Source of the DNA: Octopus sinensis
Taxonomy: Eukaryota
Reading direction: 5' to 3'
Length of the DNA: 64,000 nt
Assembly (NCBI RefSeq): GCF_006345805.1
Contig: NC_043004.1
Coordinates: forward strand, 91,512,001-91,576,000
Shown here one piece after another: positions 53,290-64,000 of the stretch; the stretch's first letter is position 1; the number at the start of each line of letters is the position of its first letter. The position numbers were made by a program, and so were the translations under genes. Under the pieces are notes generated by a model. That model did not search any database, was not told the origin of the DNA, and was given only the letters and a program-made list of their open reading frames with translations.

Positions 53290-53640
53290 TTTTTACTTGC
53301 TGAATCTGAAAGAAGGCGCAGTGCCATGGCCTTTGCTAAGCCTCCTTAGACTGGCAAGGGCGAAGCCATTAACAGTCCTCTTAAAACTTTCCAAATCAGC
53401 AACACTGTGCAGTAAAGGCCTGAGCAAGGGAGGAAATGCAGAGGACTGACGCTCTGGGAAGGAAGACCTGGGAAAAGTGATTAGTGTGGGGGGCCTGATA
53501 AGGGTTGGGTACAGCAGGAGTGATGAAGGGAAGCGAAACAAGTGGGTTGGGAATGCTTGAGTGCAGGGGAACGAGCCCAACTAAATGCGAGGAAAATAGG
53601 GTCGTTATAGTGGTGGATCTTTTCCAGTAGATCTGTGATC
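53290..53640 (-). mobile_element. Decayed CR1/Jockey-like LINE 3' end
   Basis: SSFP...LESFKRTVN resembles CR1/Jockey termini; weak. Confidence 0.4.
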
Positions 53641-53950
53641 AGCTATAACCTTGCCCGTCATCTTTTATTTTTCAAACAACAAATCTATGAATACGTTATC
53701 TAATGTGTCTTACTTTCCCAGAGAATGTGATGCGATTTGTTTTTGGAAGATTTGGCTGCTATTTCTAACTGTCCGAAAAAGATCCACTTTTTGACCACTG
53801 CACTCTGAAGGAATGATAGAAATAGGTATTAGGAAGTAAGGTACGCTAAGGTCAAATACATCTAATGAATTTGATCTTTGAGGGCCTTATAAAATAAACT
53901 CTCAGTCAAGTACTAAAATTGATATAACAACGAATACATACATACATACA

Positions 53951-54025
<75 letters not shown>

Positions 54026-54050
54026 CACACACACACACAATATATATATA

Positions 54051-54295
54051 CCGTAATCCGTCACCAGATCGCGGTTCACCTATCGCGGTTCACATGGTTC
54101 ACCTATCGCGGTTTGTTATTTAAGCTTACGTCGATTCCTCCGTGTTGTTTTGCATTTATAATAAAATATATATATACAAATTATAAAAATTGAAAAAAAA
54201 AGAATATGCATTACAGTAGTTTCTACTTCGCGGATTTTCACCTCTCGTGGGGGTGGTTTTGGAACGTAACACCCGCGATAGTAGGGGAACTATTG
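54051..54295. mobile_element. Tigger/pogo-like MITE
   Basis: Degenerate TIRs ccgtaatcc..atcgcgg / ccgcgat..gggaactattg; internal atcgcggtt repeats. Confidence 0.55.
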
Positions 54296-54400
54296 TTCCG
54301 TTCTCCTGTGTTTTCCATTCATCTGTATATTTAGTATATGTTCTTATGTTTATTCTCTACACATTTTTTAAAACTATATATATATATATATATATATATA

Positions 54401-54610
54401 TTACGGAGATGTACTTGCATAGCAAGTGATTTGATCTGAGATCGTGTGCTGGAACGAAAACAATTGCAGTGTGGAAGGTGTTTGTAAGCCATTTAAGAGA
54501 CACACAAAAGCCGTTCGATTCACTTCAACATTTAAGTTTAATTTGTCAAAATATTTTCGTCGCTATAAGACCGCGACCTGTTCACTGACAAAAATCCGTG
54601 CTGCATCTCA
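54401..54610 (-). mobile_element. pLTR-like unit between (TA)n runs carrying the G3:C8 hammerhead-like motif
   Basis: HHR near the 5' end followed by a ~140-nt tail to (TA)n. Confidence 0.65.
54542..54592 (-). ncRNA. Minimal type I hammerhead-like motif with swapped G3:C8 core
   Basis: TTTGTCA GTGAACA G GTCGC GGTCTTATA GCGAC GAAA ATATT T TGACAAA. Confidence 0.7.
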
Positions 54611-55169
54611 TATATATATATATATACAGGTATGTCATATTTTCCGTTGTGTTTTTATCTAGTCCTGAAAATATTATTTATATAACGCATGCACTTATTA
54701 ATTTCTTTACCTACACATACACACACATATATTGTTGTGTCTGGGGAGAGTCATACTACCTTAAAAATCTAACACACTCACCTGTTCAATTTCGACTCAT
54801 TTATTATTTTTTTTCTTTATGTGTCTTGCGAAAGCAACGAATATTTTTGGAAAATTTTTTGGAAGACCAAAACAAAAAAAAAAAGAAAAAAGAAAAGAGT
54901 GGAAATTGAATCGGTGAATGCATTAGATATCAAGGCAGTATAACTCTCCCCATGCACAACAAAAATTTGCTTCAGTACACGAATTCATATAAAGAATCTT
55001 GCAAACCAGATACAAAAAACGAAGTGTGTATATATAAGAATGTATGTACAGATGTGTGTGTGTGTGTGTGTGTGCGCATGTGCATGTATGTATATATGTC
55101 TGTATATATACATGTATGTATATGTCTGTATATATATACATTCATACATATATATGTATGTGTGTGTGA

Positions 55170-55216
<47 letters not shown>

Positions 55217-55395
55217 AATTTATAAACACTGCGGTGTTTATTTTGACCATATCGTGCTTATGAGGTGTTTTGGCGGGCAATTTAACTGGCCTTGTGCATA
55301 CGTGCATATATATGTATGTATGGACGTTCGTATATGTAAGTATAACGTTTGTTCTGCATATATATATATATATATGTATTTATGTACTTTGATAT

Positions 55396-55454
55396 ATTCA
55401 ACCGATGACGGTAAAGCTTATTTAAGGCAAAACCAGAAATCCTGGATCTTGAAT
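55396..55454 (+). ncRNA. Type I hammerhead-like motif (CCGAUGA core)
   Basis: ATTCAA CCGATGA CGGT..ACCA GAAA TCCTGGA TC TTGAAT; near-palindromic stem III. Confidence 0.7.
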
Positions 55455-55596
55455 TTTTCAAAAAATTTTTTTGCTAGTCTATTTTGTCCCTCTATCTTAT
55501 CTCATGGTACGATATGAACATTTAACGTGGCTTTTAGAGTCAGGGTTTTGACTGCTATTTCGGCATGGTGGTGTCTCTCAGACACCCTTATTTTTA

Positions 55597-55640
<44 letters not shown>

Positions 55641-56262
55641 GCGTGTGTGAATGTGTGTGAATGTGTGTGAATGTGTGTGTGTGTGTGTGTATATATAGGT
55701 AAACAGAGTAATTATCAAACTGATATTTCCTTGTATTCATCTCAAATTATTGCAGGTGTATTTAAAAAAGCTTAGCTTCCCATTCAGAGCCAATATAAAC
55801 ATAGGTTGAAAGAAAAGAAAAATGGCAGACTGCACGATTTCAGCATTTTATAATGCTTGTCTGTCAAGTGTGATCTAGAGAGCAAGTTATAGCACGGGAA
55901 GTGCAACTGGTGACCAGTGGAAAAAAGGAAAAACAGGCCTTTCTGAACCCGTACACACACGTACATGTATATGTGTTTGTGTGTTAGCCTATGAACTAAC
56001 ACACATATACAAGGGCAAATTACACAATTGCACGCGCATACACACACACACAGATTAATATTAAGGTCCGAGATTTTCGTACGTTAGCACTTAGGATATA
56101 TATAAGTGCCAACTTATATAAGAATTCATGGTGTGACTAATGTTAAACACTGGTTGTTGTGGTTAGCCGATAACTGGAATTTAACTGAGAGCTAATATGG
56201 TATCCGCCGGATAATATATCCCTCCAAACTTATGCACATACATACATACATACATACATACA

Positions 56263-56366
<104 letters not shown>

Positions 56367-56450
56367 CCCCACATACACACATACATGCCACACACACATA
56401 TAGTATGTATGTATGTCATGTGTGTGTGGTATCTCTATCTATTATCACTG

Positions 56451-56522
<72 letters not shown>

Positions 56523-57868
56523 ATCTATCTCTCTCTCTCTCTCTCTCTATCTATATCTTCTATATATATATATATATATAATATATTATATAAATTCATA
56601 AAAGCCTGAAATGCAGAGAGCCATAAAGGAACAGAGGAACCACTATATAAGAATACAAAGGCCCGCAGACCTCACAATGAGACCAATAGTGGCAGGGCCC
56701 CACACCAACACAGCAACTAAGCCACTTCATAGATGTACTCCTCAAGCCTTTATGCCCACAGATACCAAGCGATATAAGGGATGACAGGCTTCTTCACACA
56801 CATTCCAAATACAGTTCCGAAAAACACCATACTTGCAAGCTTCGATGTCACAAACTTATACACGAACATACCACACACCCTAGGTCTGGAAGTGATAAAA
56901 CAATCGGTAGAAAAATACAAGGAACTCATAGATAAACGTTTCAAGACAGACTTTATCACCCAAGCCACCCAATAATACTCGAAGAAATACAATCTCTCAA
57001 TTCAACACAAGACATACTGACAGATAAAGGGTACGGCTATGGGTAAACAAAATTCGCACCTTCATATGCCAACCTGGTGATGGTTTCCTTGAGAACAAAT
57101 ATACGATGAAATAGGGAAAGTCTTCGAACACGACTCAGAGAAGACATCAAGAAAGAGTGGAGCGCTACCTGATGACTGCTTCATCTTTTGGAACAGATCA
57201 GAAGAAACCTCCTAACATTCACAAACATCCTCAACACTGCACCCATCTATCAACTTCACAATAGATACCAGCCTTCCTAGACATCAACAATAAGATACAC
57301 AACTCCATCATCACAACAGACATCCACTACAAAAAACCCGACACACACCAATATTTAAATTTCTACTCCTGCCATCCATCCCACATAAAAAGAAACATCC
57401 CATATAGTATGGCAAGACGCATATGCAGCATAGTAACTGACTCACAAACACGCCAAATAAGACTAAATGAACTTAAAAAACTTCCTACTAGAACAAAAAT
57501 TTAAACTAATAAAAAATGGAATCTCAAGAGCAATGAAACTGGACATCACACAACTCAGGACACCCAAAACAAAAAACAAAGAAAACATTATCCCTTTCAT
57601 AAACACATACAACCCTTGAGTTACCAACATGTTTCAAATCATACATTCAAACCTACCAATAGTCCTACAAAGCCCCAAAATGGAAAATATATTAAACAAA
57701 TATTGCATATAAAACAGTAGACGACAAGACAAAAACCCGAAGAAACAACTAACAAGAGCGAAATTCTCATCAGAAACTAAAACTGAATTCTTTGTAAAAG
57801 AGTGCAGAGATGGTAGATATGGGATCTGCAGTAACCCCACCTACAAATACATTGAGGGAGACAAACAA

Positions 57869-58198
57869 ATGAAATTTAAGAGTGGTCACATATTCAAAGT
57901 AAATGCAGATATGAACTGCAAGACGCAGAACGTAATATACTGCATAACCTGCCACACACACAAGGAAGATTATATAGGTGAAACTGGAAATTCTTTATGC
58001 CAACGAGCAAGAATTCACCGCCAACATGTCCGACAGGAGGAACTGCGCAAGATACCACTGATTAAATACCTAGATACATGTGGAGAAGGAAAATTTAAGA
58101 TCTTTTCCTTCTACAAATTTCCAAAGAATGACACCTCCTTCAGGAGGAATATGGAAAAATACTTCATAACTAAGTTCTCCCCCAAATTGAATGACTGA
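57869..58198 (+). pseudogene. GIY-YIG endonuclease domain of the PLE
   Basis: ORF track 57869-58198: VIY...YIGETG, R, H, E, N pattern. Confidence 0.85.
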
Positions 58199-58255
58199 AA
58201 ATATTTCTATAAGTTGTACTAGATGAAGGACCAAATTTGTAAAGTAAATTGTATT

Positions 58256-58296
<41 letters not shown>

Positions 58297-58643
58297 CATA
58301 TACATAAATAAAAACAATCTCTAATCCACATTCTCCATCCCATGTAAGCACAGGAATCAAACATTGGATTGAAAGAACTGAAAAGTGGTATTAATATCAA
58401 CACAATTCTTCCCTTCTCCAGCGACCTCCCTTCCAAATTCACGGGCAACCCCCCACACACAAAACAATAATGAAAAGAAATCCAGACAATTTTTTGAGAA
58501 GTGACATTTTACAACCTTTGAAGTGGCCAATTTCTAAAAGCCAAAAATCATTTACAGTTGCTAAAATATAAACACTTTCTTTCTTTTTCCCATTTAACAC
58601 TCCTTTCAGATATGCAAACACACACACACACACGCGCGCACAT

Positions 58644-58681
<38 letters not shown>

Positions 58682-59062
58682 CACACAACACACGCGCACA
58701 CACACACACACACACACACACTCTCACAAGACAATGCTAAAAAAGAAATCCAGACAATTTTTTGAAAAATGCCATTTTGCCCCCCTTTGAGTAAACATCT
58801 TGCCCAGTTACAAAAGGGACCAACAAAACAATTTTTTCTTCTTTCTCCCCCTTTTCTTCCTTTCCTTCTTTTTCTTTAACACCTCTTTCAGATACAAAAA
58901 CACACACACACATACACACGCACACACACACAAACACACACATATGTTCTCTCTCACTTTCACCCCATTCGTTACCCTCTTGTACTATCTTATATCTCTC
59001 CCCACCACTACACACTCAATAACACTATAAAAATAGTCAAATTTTCTCCAAGAACTTAGTTC

Positions 59063-59101
59063 AATTTGACAACTCCATTAAAATGGACGAAAGCGCTGAT
59101 T
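59063..59101 (+). ncRNA. Hammerhead-like motif, U3:A8 core, in the PLE 3' end (copies at 33093-33131 and 18997-19035, minus strand)
   Basis: AAT TTGACAA C TCCAT TAAA ATGGA C GAAA GCGC TG ATT; stem I only 2-3 bp. Confidence 0.45.
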
Positions 59102-59235
59102 ATATGATATATGATACATGATGTATAAAAACATGTAATATGCAAATAAATATCTGTAAATATAAAACCATCCGAATTTCTGAGTACTCATTTCTTCTAA
59201 TATAAAACACCTGTACATCACCTCCAAACCTTCTA

Positions 59236-59266
<31 letters not shown>

Positions 59267-59286
59267 CTATATATATATATATATAT

Positions 59287-59355
<69 letters not shown>

Positions 59356-59689
59356 GAATATATATAGACACATAAATATAGATAAAACACATATACATAA
59401 AGCAGTTCGTGTGCTGCACTAATTATCGGAAGATCGTGGTTTCGATTTCTAGACAGGCAGGTGCTCTTGAGTATAATGCTTCATTTCAGGTAGCTCTGCA
59501 ATTACGTCTGACATGTGGCACACCTCTTCACCCGTACAGGTAATGTCGATTTGACGGAGAGGTTGAGCTAATGTCCTGCCTATTCGTTTGATATACAAAT
59601 AAATAACTGATCTGAGCAGGAACCGTGTGACCCTCACTTGTCGTCTTCGACAGAATTCACAAAGCCTTTAAGGGTTTTTAGTCGAAGAA

Positions 59690-59884
59690 ATCGAACCCAG
59701 GACTTAATCTTTATAAGCCTTATACTTACTCTATCGGCATCATTTTGCCGAACCGCTAGCTTACGGGTATATAAACACACCAGCATCGGTTGCCAGACGA
59801 TGGCGAGGAGATAAACACAGACACAAAGACACAAACATAAATATACACTCAAACACACACACACACACACACCACACATATATA

Positions 59885-59938
<54 letters not shown>

Positions 59939-60075
59939 GACAGGCTTCTTTCTGCCAACCAAATCTACTCCCAAGGCTTTGATCGACCCGAAGCTATAGT
60001 AGAAGACTCTTGCCCAAGGTGCCACCAGTGGGACTGAACCCGGAATCATGTAGTTGGGAAGGTAGCTTCTTACCA
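59690..60075 (-). mobile_element. Diverged SINE family A
   Basis: Recognisable body and CORE-like block. Confidence 0.7.
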
Positions 60076-60100
60076 CCCAGCACCCTTAATCTTCTATCAA

Positions 60101-60141
<41 letters not shown>

Positions 60142-60336
60142 ACACACACACACATATATATATGTACATACAAACACACACATATATATATATACATACA
60201 TATATATATGTATATATATATATATATCCATATATATATATGTACATACAAATATGTATATATGTACATACATACATACATATATATGTGTGTGTGTGTG
60301 TTTAGATACATACACGCGCGCACGCACACACACCAC

Positions 60337-60382
<46 letters not shown>

Positions 60383-60751
60383 TCCACATGCGTGGTAGTG
60401 TAGAATAACATGATGACTGAAAATACACAACTTGATAAATTGACCTCATTCCAAATTACGTGTTAAATAGGTACCATGGAGTGGTAGAGTCCATCAAGCT
60501 TGTAAAAAAAAGCTTGGTAGCATCACAAGCTATATTGGAACAAATCACTGCTGGAACAAAACTGCACCAGAAGCAGTAGGGACAATGCAGGCAGCAGCAC
60601 AGCAGCAACAGTGCATTGCGAAGAGAGCGAGGAATTTTCGTTAGCTTTTATTGAGAGCTTAAGTTCAACTTCACCTCTGTTGTGTATGTGTGTATGTTCG
60701 TGCTGCATGTATGCGTGTGTGCATGTGTTGTGTGTGTGCGTGTGTGTGTGT

Positions 60752-60807
<56 letters not shown>

Positions 60808-61028
60808 CGTGCATGGTGCGGAGCATGGAGCCGAGAAGGGGGTGGGGTGGGGTGTCGAGAGTGGAGTTCCGTGCTAAGCTGACGTTGCCCTAGATTTAAT
60901 TATATATACATTAGATGTTGTAGGAGACAATGTCTCCCATGGTGTCTCCAGATACAAATAGATATTGAACGAACATGGTGGGTCACATGGGCGTGTGTTC
61001 GTGTATAATATACAAACATACACATGTG

Positions 61029-61074
<46 letters not shown>

Positions 61075-61257
61075 CCACATATAGCAGTCAAATTTCTGAC
61101 TCCTGTGGTTTTTAGAGTCAGGGATTTGACTGCTATTTCGGCATGGTGGTGTCTCTGAGACACCCTTATTTTTAGTTGTAAAAATTATTACCTTTGTTTG
61201 ATATTTTTTCCCATGCTGGCCACTTGATATATCGATATTATCCTTATTTATAAATAA

Positions 61258-61320
<63 letters not shown>

Positions 61321-61419
61321 TGTAGGTAAAATTTTCTGGAAAAATTTTTTTATCAATGGCCAGCATATCAAAATACCTTTAAGGTTAATTTTATAAACGA
61401 TTTACAAATTATTTGTAAA

Positions 61420-61494
<75 letters not shown>

Positions 61495-61740
61495 TATATA
61501 TTGTTGCTATTATGTTAAACTATCGTATGTCAAAATTTGCCAAATACCTTATTTTCAATATTTAGTTTTGCTTGCAATACCCGTTCTTTTAATCAAACTA
61601 TCGTTCAGCTGCCAAAATATCGAAAATTGTCAAAGTGTAGTAGAACGGTTTTGCTATGGAATGGTAAAACTATTTTTCCGTTTTCTGAAACTGCAACGTT
61701 TTGGACTTAAGACAATTTTGCTAATAGCAAGGATATATAG

Positions 61741-61771
<31 letters not shown>

Positions 61772-61772
61772 G

Positions 61773-61845
<73 letters not shown>

Positions 61846-61850
61846 GAAGG

Positions 61851-61900
61851 AGCTTCTACAGGACGAGAATGTTTCATTCAAAAGAAATCATCAGGAAGCT
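61851..61900 (-). ncRNA. Type I hammerhead ribozyme, canonical core
   Basis: AGCTTC CTGATGA TTTC TTTT GAAT GAA ACA TTCTCGTCC TGT A GAAGCT; GUA site. Confidence 0.8.
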
Positions 61901-61946
61901 CCTGATGATTTCTTTTGAATGAAACAGTTCTAGTCCTGTAGAAGCT
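61897..61946 (+). ncRNA. Type I hammerhead ribozyme (inverted partner)
   Basis: AGCTC CTGATGA TTTC TTTT GAAT GAA ACAG TTCTAGTC CTGT A GAAGCT; predicted cut after 61940. Confidence 0.75.
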
Positions 61947-62023
61947 CCTTCTATATAATAAAGTATTACTCTGCTATGTATGAGTACCTTATTTACTGTG
62001 TTAACCCCGACTCACCCCGGACC

Positions 62024-62081
<58 letters not shown>

Positions 62082-62218
62082 TATATATGATATTAATTTT
62101 TTTTGATTTTTTTGAGTTTTAGTTCATCCATGAACTGTGGCCATGCTGGGGCACCGCATATATATGTATATATATTATATATATATATATATATAATATA
62201 TGTATGTATATATTATAT

Positions 62219-62275
<57 letters not shown>

Positions 62276-62530
62276 ATATATATATATTATATTATATGTA
62301 TTATATGTATATATATATATATGCACATATGATATCTATATGTTTTCGTGTGTGTGTAGTGGGTGTGTATGGTATACACGCACATAATATATGAATGTAT
62401 ACACATATATCCACTTACTATTTTATTAATTCATTCTTTCCCTTTTACTAGTTCCAGGCAAAGCATTATGCCCATGCTGGAGCATCACCTTATTCGCGTA
62501 TGTGCACGTACACACGCGTCACACTTTCTG

Positions 62531-62586
<56 letters not shown>

Positions 62587-62745
62587 ACTATCAGTCTGTC
62601 TGTCTGCCTGTCTGTCTGTCTGTCTGTCTGTCTGTTTATCTCCGTAAATGTGTGTGTGTGTGTATATATATATATAGGGTGGATAATAAAAGGTCATATA
62701 TTTACTTGCACATGTGCTATAAACACAACACATACACAATATATA

Positions 62746-62791
<46 letters not shown>

Positions 62792-62901
62792 TTATATATA
62801 TATACACACATACCATATATGTATACGTAAATCATATTTGTATAAATAAATATACGTAATATATATGTATATATATGTACGTATGTATAAATATTATATA
62901 T

Positions 62902-62945
<44 letters not shown>

Positions 62946-63503
62946 GTGTGTGTGTATGTATTATGTATGTATGTATGTGTAAACATGTACATGCACCAAA
63001 ACGGAGAAGAAACGAAGTAGTGGGAACGGTGTAGGCCAAGGAATCTGCAACAGCAGTAACAACAGCACCACAATCGCGCGCCCGCGCACACCCATACGCG
63101 CGCGCACGGACACACACACACAGACACACGCACCTGTTGTTATATTAGTTTGTGTTTAGTGGTGCCTCGGTTGTTGCTGGAAAGCAGGCAAAGAGGCAAA
63201 GAGGCAAAGACAGTTGTTGGTGTGACGGTTAGAGGTAGTGCCTAGTTTTATGATGGTGATTGTGATGGTGGTGGTGGTGGTGGTGGTGGTGGTGGCTGTA
63301 AACACACACACACACGCACACACACACACACACATACACACACACATACACACACACACACACACTATACTCACGAACACAAGAACCGCTTACACTATAT
63401 AACACACGTTTTAACATGGTTGATGAAGACAAAAAAAATCAATACAGCTAGAGAGCTTTTCCTAGCTTCGGAATACGAGATTTCCGCCTAAAAGAAAAAG
63501 AAA

Positions 63504-63577
63504 AACTACTACTACTACTACTACTACTACTCTACTAACTCTACTACCACCACCACCACCACCACCACACCACCACC

Positions 63578-63618
<41 letters not shown>

Positions 63619-63720
63619 CAACACCACCACCACCACCACCAACAACAACAACACCACCACCACTACTGCTGCTACTACTGCTGCTGCTGTTGTTGTTGCT
63701 GTTGGTGCTGGTGCTGCTTG
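63504..63720. repeat. Compound (ACT)/(ACC)/(AAC)/(GCT) microsatellite
   Basis: Directly visible. Confidence 0.95.
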
Positions 63721-64000
63721 TTGTACATCTCTCATCGCACCTCCGTTCCGTTCCGTTCCGTGCCGCCCCCGCCTCCGTTTCTCCTCCCTTCCTCTCTCTC
63801 TCCTTTCCAGTTAATATTCTACTTAAACCAATGATGTAATAGAATATCGACTTTTATTTGTCATTCAGAAAGACAGAAAGAGAGTGATGAGAAGGCGGGG
63901 AGTAAATAATCATACATACATATATATATATATATAATATATATATATCTATATATATATAACAGATAAGTAAATGAAACACACATATGTATATATGTAT

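Larger units (their letters stand above)
56591..59236 (+). mobile_element. Penelope-like retroelement (Neptune-like), 5'-truncated and frameshifted: RT + Cys linker + GIY-YIG + ~1-kb 3' region
   Basis: IHKS...RPIVAGP; ILASFDVTNLYTNIP; QIKGTAMG..FAPSYANL; YLDDCFIFW (shifted); CHPSHIKRNIPYSMARRI; NVIYCITC..YIGETG..R..H..FSPKLN. Both ends abut (TA)n. Confidence 0.9.
61841..62026. mobile_element. Non-coding pLTR-like unit: inverted hammerhead pair plus tail in (TA)n
   Basis: Arms 61837-61896 and 61900-61960 with a 3-nt spacer. Confidence 0.8.

Noticed and set aside
53520-53545. GTGATGA-AGGGAAGC-GAAAC
   Set aside because: G3/G8 cannot pair and there are no supporting stems; it lies inside a LINE remnant.
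60470-60650. Short open frame after an AG, a possible host exon
   Set aside because: No recognisable domain, weak splice context, and stops in both open frames.
61120-61235. Minus-strand GTGGCCA-GCATGG...CCATGC-C-GAAA as a second G3:C8 hammerhead
   Set aside because: A6 is absent, stem III is not palindromic, and there is no stem I partner.

Overview
AT-rich, repeat-saturated animal DNA. The SINE families and microsatellite load look like a coleoid cephalopod (Octopus-type); this is inferred from pattern, not from a database search. I found no intact host gene, tRNA, rRNA or CRISPR array, and nearly all long ORFs are translated microsatellites. The window holds tRNA-derived SINEs (four families, several with clear TSDs), decayed RTE and CR1/Jockey-type LINEs, two non-autonomous Helitrons, pogo/hAT DNA elements, two Penelope-like retroelement (PLE) families with GIY-YIG endonuclease remnants, and a 2.6-kb duplication across a 100-N gap that is probably an artefact. 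The main observation is about 16 type I hammerhead ribozyme (HHR)-like motifs from roughly 9 sequence families, mostly at 41-62 kb. They lie in short, mostly non-coding PLE pseudo-LTR-like units, most abutting (TA)n. Their cores vary at normally invariant positions: the 3:8 pair occurs as C-G, U-A and G-C, and U4C recurs in three unrelated families. Two units are head-to-head inverted HHR pairs. Hammerheads in PLE pseudo-LTRs are known; the variant spectrum and inverted-pair units are the candidate novelty. All folds were done by eye and activity is untested.
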